DNA of 32,000 nucleotides from Desulfobulbus propionicus DSM 2032 (GCF_000186885.1 NC_014972.1:150001-182000), one strand, 5' to 3'. Shown: positions 17,667 to 26,657, numbered from the stretch's first letter. Notes: generated by a model not told the origin, from the sequence alone. Numbers and translations are program-made.

Positions 17667-20196
17667 CAGCCCTTCGCGCGACCATCTCCAGGATGGCCTC
17701 GTGATAGCTGGCCCCTGCCTGCACCATCCGCTCGATCTCGGCGATCTCGGTGGGCTTGGAGGTGTAGATGAAGTAGTCGTAGTCGTTGACCACCAGCCGG
17801 GCGACACCCAGGCCAAAGGGCGTGTCGAGGAAGATCTCCGAGTACTGGGGCGGGTTCGATTTGACGCTCCGCAGCAACTGGAGGACAAAGTCGTCGTAGT
17901 CGATCAGCCCCTGCTTGCGCGCCTGGTCGAAGTCCGAGGATTCGAGATAGATCTTGAAGGCCGAGTTGCCGTTCACCACCCGGCCGACCTCGCCGAAGCT
18001 GTCCAGGTCGAGTATCGACTGGGTGATGATCATGAAGCTGCCGTTGTACTTGCGCGCCCGCCGGTAGCCCTCGTTGACCACCGGAGCGAGCATGGCCGCC
18101 TTGCCCAGGAACTGCCAGGCCTCGTCGAAGATGATCAGCCGCGAGCGGGACCGGTCCGAGAGGTAGAGATCCTGGGTGACCGCGTTGAGCACCAGCAGGG
18201 TCACCACCCGGTAGAGGTCAGGCTGGATTTTCAGGTTCTCCAGTTCCAGCACCACAAACGCGTCCCGGTGGATGTCAAAGGTCGAGGGACCGACAAAGAA
18301 CCGGCCGTGAAAGCCGTGGCTGGTGAACTCGCGGATGTTGAAGGCGAGCTTGCGCGCCACCTCGACCAGGGCCGGGTTGTCGCCCATGCTGTCGAAGTCC
18401 GCATCCGGCACGTCCGGGAAGCGGGCCAGGAAATCGTAGACCGTGTCCGCATCGGCCGCCTGGCCGCACTGTTGCCAGGCCCAGCGCACCGCGTTGCGCA
18501 TCATGTTCAGCTCGGTGTCGTCGCAGCGGTCTGTGTCCGAGTTGGAGTAGGCCATCTGGGCGAACACCGCGGTCACCGACTTCAGCTCCTCCTCGGGTTC
18601 CTCGATGTTGGAGAAAGGGTTGAGACAGACCGTGGTGCCGGGCTGGAAGTCCAGGTAGCGGGCGCCGAGCATGCTGGCGATCTTCTTGTAGCTACCGCCG
18701 ATGTCGATGATCCGCACCAGGGTGCCGCAGGCGTGGTAGTTGTAGGCCAGGTAGTTGACCAGGAACGACTTGCCCGAGCCGGTGGTTGCGCCGCAGACGA
18801 TGTTGTGGTTGGGCGCGCCCTTGGCAAAGAAGTCGAGCGCGACCAGTTGGCCCTTGCGGCCGACAAAGAGCAGCCTGGGCGTGCCGCCGGTGCCGGCGAA
18901 GTCGCCCTGCACCGGTAGCAGCGGTGTGACCGCGGGCACCGGGGCGATGAAGTCCCGCTCCAGGTTGTCGATGTTGCGGCCGGAGGTGTAGAGGCAGAAC
19001 GGCAGGGCGGAGAGGAAGAGGATTTTCAGAATGAACGTGTCCTGCTGCATGACGTAGCCGTTGTCCTCCCACAGCCGCCGCGCCCGGGTGCAGGACTCCC
19101 TTGCCCGCTCCAGGTCCTGGTCCCAGACGAGCAGGATGGGGATGATGCGGACGAACTTCACCCCGTGCTCCAGGGCGTCGGTGGCCTCCAGGTGCTCCTC
19201 CTGCTTGCGCCGCAACAAGGGCGAGAGCGAGCCGATGGCCTGCTGGTTGAGCAGCAGGTTGCATTTGGCGTGGATCTTCGTCTCCAGCCCCTGTTCGAAG
19301 AGGAGGTTCAGGGTGTAGAGGAACCCGGTCTTGATCTGGTCCATGTCCGAGATCAGGCCCCAGATGCCGCCAAAGAGCGAGTTGGTCTGCAGCGGGTCGA
19401 TTTGGGCCGGGATGGTCTTGGGGGTGGTGCAGCAGAAGTGGTTCGCGCCCACCTGCAGGTGGTCGCCGTGGTCGCGGATGCGCGTGTCCGCGCTGAGGAT
19501 CTGCTTGCGCAGTGGCAGGGTCTGGTCGTAGGCGGAGAAGTTCTGTTCCGGATAGCCGTCCGGGTAGTGGTTGAACAGCCGCCGCGCCCATTCGAGCAGC
19601 GCCTCCGGCCGCAGGGGTCGGGGCGAGAGCAGGGCCGCCCGGAGGGTCTCGGCCAACTGCCGGCGGATGTCCTGGAGCGGCTTGGTCCGGTTGCGGTCCG
19701 CGAACTGCTCGGGCCGGGGCACCTCCGGGCTGTCGCCGGGCAGCTTGACCGCCACGAACAGGCGGAAGTTGCGTACCGGGATGTGGCTGCAGGCGGCGAG
19801 CCCGTTCCGGCCCGCGTCCATGAAGCGGACGATCTGCTCGGTGCTGGTACGGACGATGATGTCGTCCACGGTTCGGCTCTCACGGTAGCTGGTGAGGATC
19901 GGGCTGATGTGACTGTCCGCGTGGAGGATGAGCTGCAGCACGCTGCCCTTGGGCAGGCCGGCGCGGAACAGTCCTTCAAGCCCGGTGAGCGTCTTCGGGC
20001 CGGCAAAGGTGAGCGGCGTGCACTCCCACAACAGGCCCAGGCTGCAGTCCTGGTTGAGGTAGACGTCCAGGTCCGGGTCATAGGCCAGGTAGTTGAGGAA
20101 GGCCGAGAACGGGTGCCGTCGGGTCAGCCGGTCCAGGTCTGCCTGGCGGAGATGGGAGCCCGGTGCAAGGCCCAGGCGGCGCAGGAGGGAGCGCAT
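17653..20196 (-). CDS. traC: TraC, VirB4-like conjugation ATPase
   Basis: Walker A NIVCGATTGSGKSFLVNYLAYNY; Walker B RLIIFDEAWQFL; 847 aa. Confidence 0.95.
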   Translation of the reverse strand: MRSLLRRLGLAPGSHLRQADLDRLTRRHPFSAFLNYLAYDPDLDVYLNQDCSLGLLWECTPLTFAGPKTLTGLEGLFRAGLPKGSVLQLILHADSHISPILTSYRESRTVDDIIVRTSTEQIVRFMDAGRNGLAACSHIPVRNFRLFVAVKLPGDSPEVPRPEQFADRNRTKPLQDIRRQLAETLRAALLSPRPLRPEALLEWARRLFNHYPDGYPEQNFSAYDQTLPLRKQILSADTRIRDHGDHLQVGANHFCCTTPKTIPAQIDPLQTNSLFGGIWGLISDMDQIKTGFLYTLNLLFEQGLETKIHAKCNLLLNQQAIGSLSPLLRRKQEEHLEATDALEHGVKFVRIIPILLVWDQDLERARESCTRARRLWEDNGYVMQQDTFILKILFLSALPFCLYTSGRNIDNLERDFIAPVPAVTPLLPVQGDFAGTGGTPRLLFVGRKGQLVALDFFAKGAPNHNIVCGATTGSGKSFLVNYLAYNYHACGTLVRIIDIGGSYKKIASMLGARYLDFQPGTTVCLNPFSNIEEPEEELKSVTAVFAQMAYSNSDTDRCDDTELNMMRNAVRWAWQQCGQAADADTVYDFLARFPDVPDADFDSMGDNPALVEVARKLAFNIREFTSHGFHGRFFVGPSTFDIHRDAFVVLELENLKIQPDLYRVVTLLVLNAVTQDLYLSDRSRSRLIIFDEAWQFLGKAAMLAPVVNEGYRRARKYNGSFMIITQSILDLDSFGEVGRVVNGNSAFKIYLESSDFDQARKQGLIDYDDFVLQLLRSVKSNPPQYSEIFLDTPFGLGVARLVVNDYDYFIYTSKPTEIAEIERMVQAGASYHEAILEMVARRADGAL

Positions 20197-20197
20197 G

Positions 20198-20596
20198 TCA
20201 GTGCTCGCGAACCTCGGTGAGCACCCACTCGGCCGGTTCGATCTCCAGGTAGGCGTAGCGGCTCATGAACAGCTCGTTGGCTTCACCGCGGTAGGGTAGA
20301 AGGAGCACGCGCAGGATCTTCGGCGGATTGAGCAGGGGCGTCTCCGGCGCCGCCAGCAGATCGCTGATGGCCCGGTAACGCTCGCCCTGGGCCTCGTCCT
20401 GCACGGCACTGGTGGTCTCGGTGGCCGGATCCGGCACCCGGGCCTGGCGGTAGGCGGTGGGCGTGTCCACGCACTGGCCCTCGCTGTCCTTGGCCCGGCA
20501 GCGGAAGTTCTCCTCGTAGGGGTTGACCGCGTTCTTGACCGGACCGCAGCCACTCAGCACCACCATGGCCAGCAGGCCAATGCACATCCCTTTCAT
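20198..20596 (-). CDS. traV: TraV-like lipoprotein
   Basis: MKGMCIGLLAMVVLSGCGPVKNAVNPYEENFRCRAKDSEGQCVDTPTAYRQA: lipobox LSGC and TraV-like Cys motif. Confidence 0.85.
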   Translation of the reverse strand: MKGMCIGLLAMVVLSGCGPVKNAVNPYEENFRCRAKDSEGQCVDTPTAYRQARVPDPATETTSAVQDEAQGERYRAISDLLAAPETPLLNPPKILRVLLLPYRGEANELFMSRYAYLEIEPAEWVLTEVREH

Positions 20597-21765
20597 CGCT
20601 TTCCTCCCGGTTGATGGCGGGCCAGCCCTTCACTGCGGATGTCCCTGATCTCCAGTTCCTTGCCCTCGGAAACAATCACCGTGACCTTCTTGGCCGCGCC
20701 CACCTCGATCACCGGCGTAGTCTGCTTGACCAGGTCGAGGTAGAAGTCACTCATGGTCTGCGCCCCCTGGGACAGGCCGGTGCCCAGGGCGGACTTGCCC
20801 ACCTGCGAGCTGTCGATGGTGGCGGTGGAACCGAGCGCCGAGGTCGAGGTGGTGGTGGCCGCGGCCTTGAAGGCATCGCCTGCGCCCTCGAACAGGCCGG
20901 CGACAATGGCCCGCACCGTGGCCGCGCCCATGCGCGACACCACCCGGCCGGACAGCCCGACCTTGGAGTCAGCGTCAGTGACGAACCCCTTGACCGGGGT
21001 GTCAATCACCGCCCGGCCCTCGTTGCTCAGGCAGGAGAGCGAGACCAGGCGCACATCGGCTCGTTCCTTGTCGAGCCGGCCCACGGCCTCGGCGACCACG
21101 AAGCAGCCGGACAACTCCGCCTTGACGTCGTTGGGCAGCACCGCCGGGGTCTTGATGCGCAGCAGCAACGGTTCCGGGCTGTTCTTGCTCGACCCGGAGG
21201 TGGCCGCGTCAAAGCCGGTGAGCAGGTTGGCCTCCATGAACGAGGGCGGCAGGTAGACCGTGCGGCGCTTTTGGCCGCCCAGATCCTTGGCCAGGGTGTC
21301 GTTCTTGACCACGGTGATCTTGCCGACCTTCTTGCGTTCCTTTGCCGGCACGGCCAGGCCGGGTGTCTCCATCCCGGCCGCCGGCAGGGGCGGCGGGAAG
21401 GATTCCCTGGCCCGCGCCACCGTGTCCGCGTCCGGGATCTCGGGCAGGGGTTCCTTTTTGGCAGCGGATTCTTGAGCAACCGCCCTCTCCTTGGCCACCC
21501 GGTCCAGTTCCCGCTGCATGGTGGTCACCAGTCCTTCCAGGTCTTCCAGCTTGCGGCGGTGTTCGCGGAAGATGGTCTTCTCCATCAGGTCCTCTTCGAG
21601 CCGCAGGTCCCGGCCAGCACTGTCGGCCTGGTCGTGCTTGCGGCCCGAGCGGGCATGGTAGCCGGTAACCGTCAGCGTGATCAGGAGGACACCGAGCACG
21701 GACCAGATGACCGTCTTCCGGCCTGCCGGCGTGAGTTGCTCGAACCGTTCGCGCAGGCGCATCAC
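20593..21765 (-). CDS. traB: TraB, T4SS core (VirB10-like)
   Basis: N-terminal TM, coiled coil, proline-rich region, FMEANLLTGFDAATSG...PLLLRIKTPAVLPNDVKAELSGCFVVAEAVGRLDKERADVRLVSLSC. Confidence 0.92.
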   Translation of the reverse strand: MMRLRERFEQLTPAGRKTVIWSVLGVLLITLTVTGYHARSGRKHDQADSAGRDLRLEEDLMEKTIFREHRRKLEDLEGLVTTMQRELDRVAKERAVAQESAAKKEPLPEIPDADTVARARESFPPPLPAAGMETPGLAVPAKERKKVGKITVVKNDTLAKDLGGQKRRTVYLPPSFMEANLLTGFDAATSGSSKNSPEPLLLRIKTPAVLPNDVKAELSGCFVVAEAVGRLDKERADVRLVSLSCLSNEGRAVIDTPVKGFVTDADSKVGLSGRVVSRMGAATVRAIVAGLFEGAGDAFKAAATTTSTSALGSTATIDSSQVGKSALGTGLSQGAQTMSDFYLDLVKQTTPVIEVGAAKKVTVIVSEGKELEIRDIRSEGLARHQPGGKR

Positions 21766-22541
21766 TCGCCTCCCGCGGACAGGGCCGTGTCCAGGGTTTC
21801 CATGGCGCCCGGATCCCGCTCCTTGCGTTCCACCACCAGCACCCGGGTCGAACCGCCGGGCTGCAGCCGGTGCTCGACCAGGGCCACGGCCAGGATCGGG
21901 TTGCCGATCCGGGCGTCAAGGAAGGTCTTTTCCGCGAGTTCGCTCTCCGTGCTCAGGCGCGAGGTCACCTGAAAGCTCTTGAGCCGCAACCCAACCCCGT
22001 CCACCTCGACTGTCTGCCGCAGGCTGACCTGCAGGTCCGGACAGAGAGTGACGTCTTCCTTCTGGTCGCTCACCCGGTAGCTGCCCGGGTAGGCGCCGCT
22101 GTAGCCCTCGCGCAGGAGCTGCACGGCCTGTTTCTCCAGCGGCAGGTTGCGGTAGCGCTCCAGGTTCTCGGCCACGGTCTCAGCCTTGGTCGCGGCCAGG
22201 CGCACGGTCACCGCGCTGGTCTCGGTCGGGGTACCGATCAGGGTGTAGACCGCGCCGTTGCACACCGCGTAGATCTCGCTCGGCTCATCAGGGTAGGTGC
22301 GCTTGCCGTCCGCCTCCTCGGCGATGAACTTGATGAAGGCGTTGTTGCCCGAGAAATGACCGGTCAGTCCCTTCTCCTCGGAGAAGATCAGGTCGGTCAT
22401 GGGGCCGGGGCAGACGATGCGGTTGATCTCCCGGCTGGAGAGTTCCACCAGGGTGGGTACCTCGGCCGGTACGCCGTTCTCCGCCAATCCTTCACCGGCT
22501 GCCATCAGGAGGCAGCAGGTCACGGCCAGGGTCGTTCTCAT
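21762..22541 (-). CDS. traK: TraK-like secretin/T4SS protein
   Basis: MRTTLAVTCCLLMAAGEGLAENGVPAEVPTLVELSSREINRIVCPGPMTDLIFSEEKGLTGHFSGNNAFIKF. Confidence 0.9.
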   Translation of the reverse strand: MRTTLAVTCCLLMAAGEGLAENGVPAEVPTLVELSSREINRIVCPGPMTDLIFSEEKGLTGHFSGNNAFIKFIAEEADGKRTYPDEPSEIYAVCNGAVYTLIGTPTETSAVTVRLAATKAETVAENLERYRNLPLEKQAVQLLREGYSGAYPGSYRVSDQKEDVTLCPDLQVSLRQTVEVDGVGLRLKSFQVTSRLSTESELAEKTFLDARIGNPILAVALVEHRLQPGGSTRVLVVERKERDPGAMETLDTALSAGGE

Positions 22542-23107
22542 GGTTGCTCCTCCGCGGGGTTGTCCTTTTCCTTGAAGCTCAGCAGGCTGAACCGGCCGTC
22601 CCGCACCTGGTAGGTGATCCGGTAGGTGCGGGTGGTGTTCTCCAGCCGGGTGGTGCCGGTGAACTGCTTGAGATCGCCGAACACCTCGATCAGATCCTCG
22701 GTCACCGAGAACTTCTCCGGGTAGAACACCGAGCTGACCTGCGACTCCTCGATCCGCCCGGCCAGCGAGTACCACCGGGCCGAGGCCTCGGGATAGGTCT
22801 CGGGCGCGTAGTAGACGAGCAGTTCGTTGAACTGGCGGCGGGCCGTGTGCGGTGAGTAGGTGGTGGCCAGGCTGACGACCCGCTGGCCGATCTCGCGCAG
22901 GTAGTCGTCGCTTGGCCGTCCCTGGACGAACTCCACCGTGCCGGTCATGTGCGGTGGGATGAGGATCACCCGCTGCAGGCGCACGGCCCGGTAGGTGAGG
23001 TAGGAGGTGGCCACCAGGCAGGCGCAGAGCACGATGACCAGGAACCGGAGCAGCTGGTTGGCGGCGAACAGGTTGCTGCTCTGCTGCAGGTAGGTGGTGA
23101 TCTTCAC
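22538..23107 (-). CDS. traE: TraE conjugal transfer protein
   Basis: 189 aa, N-terminal TM, DDYLREIGQRVVSLATTYSPHTARRQFNELLVYYAPETY; between traL and traK. Confidence 0.9.
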   Translation of the reverse strand: MKITTYLQQSSNLFAANQLLRFLVIVLCACLVATSYLTYRAVRLQRVILIPPHMTGTVEFVQGRPSDDYLREIGQRVVSLATTYSPHTARRQFNELLVYYAPETYPEASARWYSLAGRIEESQVSSVFYPEKFSVTEDLIEVFGDLKQFTGTTRLENTTRTYRITYQVRDGRFSLLSFKEKDNPAEEQP

Positions 23108-23382
23108 TCGTGAAACTCCTGCTGGAAGTACTCCGGGCAGTTGCGCATGCGCAGCAGTCCGCCCACGTAGAGCAGATGCTTGAGGAAGCCGCGCGGCTTC
23201 TGCCGCTTGGTCCGGATGTAGGCGTACTGGATGGCCACAAAGGCGATCCAGGCCAGCCCGCCGTAGACCAGGGCCACGGTGAGGGTGAACAGGAAGATGG
23301 CCAGCTCATCCATCTCGAACCACAGCACCTGGAAGGGTCGCGAGAGGTACTGGGGGAACTTGCGGGAGGATGAACCGGCCAT
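23104..23382 (-). CDS. traL: TraL conjugal transfer protein
   Basis: 92 aa; FPQYLSRPFQVLWFEMDELAIFLFTLTVALVYGG...YAYIRTKRQKPRGFLKHLLYVGGL. Confidence 0.92.
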   Translation of the reverse strand: MAGSSSRKFPQYLSRPFQVLWFEMDELAIFLFTLTVALVYGGLAWIAFVAIQYAYIRTKRQKPRGFLKHLLYVGGLLRMRNCPEYFQQEFHE

Positions 23383-23385
23383 GGC

Positions 23386-23706
23386 TCAGCTGATCAGAGC
23401 GCCGATGGTCTCGACCACGGTGTTGGCCCGCAGCAGGAAAGCCCCGCCGAGAACCACGCCGGCCGCCGGCAGGATCATCTGGCGGATGGCGAGGATTGCG
23501 GCCACGCACATGCAGGCCACGCCGCCGGTGAAACCGACCGGGCCGAGCAGGATCTGGTTGACGCCGATGTCGTACAGGTCATAGGCAAAGGAGCCGCTGG
23601 CCGGCACGGTCATGGCCAGGGCGTTACCCGCCTGCAGGAGGATCGCCAGCAGGGCGACCGGGGTGGTGCGGTGTACTCGTTGTCTCCAGGTTCTCATCCG
23701 CTGCAT
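23386..23706 (-). CDS. traA: Candidate TraA-type pilin
   Basis: 106 aa, long signal peptide, two hydrophobic segments (QILLGPVGFTGGVACMCVAAILAI; MILPAAGVVLGGAFLL), immediately upstream of traL. Confidence 0.75.
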   Translation of the reverse strand: MQRMRTWRQRVHRTTPVALLAILLQAGNALAMTVPASGSFAYDLYDIGVNQILLGPVGFTGGVACMCVAAILAIRQMILPAAGVVLGGAFLLRANTVVETIGALIS

Positions 23707-23710
23707 CTCT

Positions 23711-24280
23711 TTACGCTCCGTCGTGGTTGGTTATGGCTGCCGGCCGGGCAGGCGACTGGTCCACAGGGACCAGTGTCACCCGCCGGTTCAGGTGTCGTTT
23801 GGTCGGATTGGTGCTGACCGGATCCGTGGCGCCCTTGCCGCTGACCGTGGCCACTGTGTAGCCGCGGTCGCGGAGCAGGGTGGCGACCTGCTCGGCCCGC
23901 AGGCGGGAGAGGCGCAGATTCGTTGCCTCGGTGCCCAGGCTGCAGGTGTGACCGGTGACCACAAGCGGTGTAATCGGGTTGACCTGGCAGTGGCGCAGGC
24001 CGGAAATCAGCTGGTCGGTTTGACCGGGTTCCGGTTCGGTGCTGCCCAGCGGAAAGAGGATCACCGGCAATGAGCACGGAGCATCCGCGTTGGTTGCCTC
24101 TTCGGCGCAGGCCTGCCGGATCGATCCGCTCGTCCCGGTGATGAGGAAGGTGTCGCTCACCGCCAACCGCACCGGTCCTGCGACCAGGGACAGGCTCGCC
24201 GGCCTGATCACCCGCGCCCACAGTGGGGCGGGGGCAAGTAGCAGTCCGGTCAGCAACAGGCAGATGGTGCAAACGTTCAT
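23711..24280 (-). CDS. OmpA/MotB C-terminal domain-like exported protein
   Basis: Signal peptide; LVVTGHTCSLGTEATNLRLSRLRAEQVATLLRDRGYTVATVSGKGATDPVSTNPTKRHLNRRVTLVP. Confidence 0.82.
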   Translation of the reverse strand: MNVCTICLLLTGLLLAPAPLWARVIRPASLSLVAGPVRLAVSDTFLITGTSGSIRQACAEEATNADAPCSLPVILFPLGSTEPEPGQTDQLISGLRHCQVNPITPLVVTGHTCSLGTEATNLRLSRLRAEQVATLLRDRGYTVATVSGKGATDPVSTNPTKRHLNRRVTLVPVDQSPARPAAITNHDGA

Positions 24281-24382
24281 AGGCTCCTCTCACCCCCTTT
24301 TTCCCGGGGGGAGGACATGATTGCGGCCGTTCCGGGGGAAATTTTTTTCCCGCAGCCCCTCTGTCCCGATTCGGTAACCGCC

Positions 24383-24399
24383 AAGAAACGAAGTTTCTT
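24383..24399. promoter_or_regulatory. Perfect inverted repeat AAGAAAC-GAA-GTTTCTT in the tra leader region
   Basis: Read directly: aagaaacgaagtttctt, immediately downstream of the 24405..24866 gene and upstream of the OmpA/tra genes. Confidence 0.45.
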
Positions 24400-24404
24400 C
24401 TTTC

Positions 24405-24866
24405 TTAGTTTGCGGTTTGTAAGAGACCGCAGGGCTCTTGATTTTCTTTGACCAGGTCCCGGTGCCGGGCCACCTGGGCACGGTTCCGGATGGTCAGCAC
24501 CCGCCGGAGTTGAGCCTTGGTCAGCTGGAAACGGAAGGTGGTCTGGATCTCGTCAACCACCAGCCGCACGGCGAGGCGCACACCCGGCTTGCTGTTGTAG
24601 AACCTCGAATAGGCGTACCGTTCCCACTTGCTGTTCAGGCTGACGGTGCGCAGGAAGCTCTGCCGTGTCTGCAGGGACATCCGGTTCAGTTGCGGCCGAA
24701 GGATTTCTTTGTTGCCCCAGACCTGCTCCAGCAGGCGCAGGCCAAGCAGATCCTCCCGACAGGGCGGATCCTGGATGAGGTGCTGCCGGTGCAGGTAGAG
24801 CAGCACCTTCCTGGGAATGGGTGAGTGGCGGGCGAAGTCATCGAGGGTGGGAAGCTGATCGTTCAT
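24405..24866 (-). CDS. Hypothetical protein with a possible MerR-like N-terminal helix-turn-helix
   Basis: MNDQLPTLDDFARHSPIPRKVLLYLHRQHLIQDPPCREDLLGLRLLEQVWGNKEIL; overlaps the stop of the sigma-like gene. Confidence 0.6.
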   Translation of the reverse strand: MNDQLPTLDDFARHSPIPRKVLLYLHRQHLIQDPPCREDLLGLRLLEQVWGNKEILRPQLNRMSLQTRQSFLRTVSLNSKWERYAYSRFYNSKPGVRLAVRLVVDEIQTTFRFQLTKAQLRRVLTIRNRAQVARHRDLVKENQEPCGLLQTAN

Positions 24867-25402
24867 CAGGCAGCCTCGGCGAGCTGATAGAGGATGTTGT
24901 GCAGCAGACGGCTGAAATGGCGACGGCTAAGGTGGAAGTGCTCGGCAGCCTGGTGCATGTTGACCGGCCTTTCCTGGTTGAGGATCCAGCGGCAGATCTC
25001 CTGTTCGCGCTGGCTCAGTCCCCGCAGGGCCGCATCGATCTCGATCGCCAGGAGCTCAGGCAGGGGTGATGCTGCCTCCAGGGTGCAGGCGTCCAGGAGA
25101 ACGTCGTTGGCCGGCTGGACCGTCTGGATGCCGCTGGCCAGCCGGAGGCATCGGGTTTTGAAGATCACCCGGAAGAAGGGCACGAACCGCTGCGCTGCTT
25201 GTTTGTTCTCAGCCGTAGTCAGGGCTTGGAAGGCGGCCATGGTCGCCTCCTGGAGCAGGTCATCCTCGTCGGCTGCCATGTGATTGCGGTAGGGGTTGGC
25301 GATCCAGTGGATGAGCCGCATGTTCTCGGTAACCCACCTCCGCGCTGTCAGCCAGGTCTCCTGGTCGGTATCGCGTGGCTGATCCGTTGGGTCGGTCATC
25401 AT
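24866..25402 (-). CDS. RNA polymerase sigma-70-like protein, putative regulator of the tra operon
   Basis: Region 2-like NMRLIHWIANPYRNHMAADEDDLLQEATMAAFQAL...RFVPFFRVIFKTR and region 4-like LRGLSQREQEICRWILNQERPVNMHQAAEHFHLSRRHFSRLLHNIL. Confidence 0.7.
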   Translation of the reverse strand: MMTDPTDQPRDTDQETWLTARRWVTENMRLIHWIANPYRNHMAADEDDLLQEATMAAFQALTTAENKQAAQRFVPFFRVIFKTRCLRLASGIQTVQPANDVLLDACTLEAASPLPELLAIEIDAALRGLSQREQEICRWILNQERPVNMHQAAEHFHLSRRHFSRLLHNILYQLAEAA

Positions 25403-25427
25403 GCGTCCGGGCGGCTCGCCCTTCTTT

Positions 25428-25655
25428 TAAGATTAAAAAAAGATTAAAAAAGATTAGGCGCTTTCGGGGGCTGCCCGCAAACCTTGCATTGATGGGCTTT
25501 CCCGGCGTTTTGCCGCTTTAGTATTACGGCTGTTATGCACATCCCTGTGTGGCGGTTGTACCGACGTTGGTGCGATCGCCCTACCCTACCCCGTCACTCG
25601 TATACCTAGCCCAACCTGCGGAAATACCGACCCCGCACCACGGTTATCCCCACTC
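25428..25655. promoter_or_regulatory. Putative replication-origin-like region next to trfA
   Basis: Three AGATTA(A)n phased AT-rich repeats (25430..25457), TTATGCACA (25533..25541, DnaA-box-like) and TTATCCCCA (25644..25652), adjacent to the TrfA-like gene. Confidence 0.35.
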
Positions 25656-26657
25656 TCAGGTGGTACCCGAGGTTTTCGGTAACCGTTTGTCGACGTGGAT
25701 CTTGTCTTCCTGGTCGATTTGCCAGGAGCCGAGAAACCCACCACGGACCAACTCGTCGAGGGCGATTCGGAGCTTGTAGCGGTAATCTGAAAGGCGGTGG
25801 CAATTTGAACCGCAGAGGTGACGGAGGGTGCTAACCTTCGTGGGATACGGTGTGCGATGGCTGGCGTAGAAGCCATGCAACCATTTGGCAAGGTCGGTTT
25901 TCAGCTGCACATGTTGCCGCCACGGGATCTGCGTCCAGCCGGCATCGAACAGCCTGACCATTCTGGGATTGCACTTGAGGAAATAACTTCGCTCTGTCTC
26001 GTTGTAGATGAATTCGTCAAGGAGCGAGTCAGCATAAGAAAAGGGTTGCGTCCCGATGGCAGTTGGTGCCTCCAGGTCGATCTCAACAGCGGAGGTGGTC
26101 AGGCGCCAGAGCGATTCCTTGAGCCATTGACGGTTTGGTTTGCCATAACTCCGGTGGATGCCCGTGAGAAATCCCTTTGCCGTGAACCGGACCAACTTCC
26201 CGGTTGGCTGAGCCGAGGCCAGATAGAGGGCATGAGCGAACACATCAAGATCAGCCTGGTCCAACTGCCAGCCAGTGTAGCGAATCTGCAGACCACGGAT
26301 AGTGGGCAGAATTTCCTTGTTGACCATCTTTCGCTGACCCCGCTGGACCATGCCGAACAGCGCTGACCGCAGGAATACGTTGGGTATCCCATGCATTCCG
26401 GCAGGACAGGTTGGAAGAAGAGGATGCTCCTGAAGCACGGCAATCTTTGCCCGGATTTCCGGGGAAAGAGACTGGAGGCAACGGTCCAAAATGGGGTTTA
26501 TCCTCTCCAATCCATGCGAGTTTTCAGCGTGTAATGGCATGACCGGCCTCTTGCTTGGGTTTGCGTGACTGGGTGCGGATGTCATCGTTTCTGAATCTGA
26601 AGGCAACGACGCGGTCTGCCGACCTTGACCGTGCGGATTCGTGTGCTTTGAAACCAC
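25656..26657 (-). CDS. trfA: TrfA-family plasmid replication initiator; start uncertain
   Basis: IPNVFLRSALFGMVQRGQRKMVNKEILPTIRGLQIRYTGWQLDQADLDVFAHALYLA...FTAKGFLTGIHRSYGK...LKTDLAKWLHGFYASH. Confidence 0.88.
   Translation of the reverse strand: MVSKHTNPHGQGRQTASLPSDSETMTSAPSHANPSKRPVMPLHAENSHGLERINPILDRCLQSLSPEIRAKIAVLQEHPLLPTCPAGMHGIPNVFLRSALFGMVQRGQRKMVNKEILPTIRGLQIRYTGWQLDQADLDVFAHALYLASAQPTGKLVRFTAKGFLTGIHRSYGKPNRQWLKESLWRLTTSAVEIDLEAPTAIGTQPFSYADSLLDEFIYNETERSYFLKCNPRMVRLFDAGWTQIPWRQHVQLKTDLAKWLHGFYASHRTPYPTKVSTLRHLCGSNCHRLSDYRYKLRIALDELVRGGFLGSWQIDQEDKIHVDKRLPKTSGTT

Noticed and set aside
17494-18918. 474-aa plus-strand ORF antisense to traC/traW
   Set aside because: Compositional shadow of TraC, whose Walker motifs are in the opposite frame.
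19165-21972. Long plus-strand ORFs (19165..20220 and 20611..21972)
   Set aside because: Antisense to traC and traB/traK with biased composition; no domain signature.
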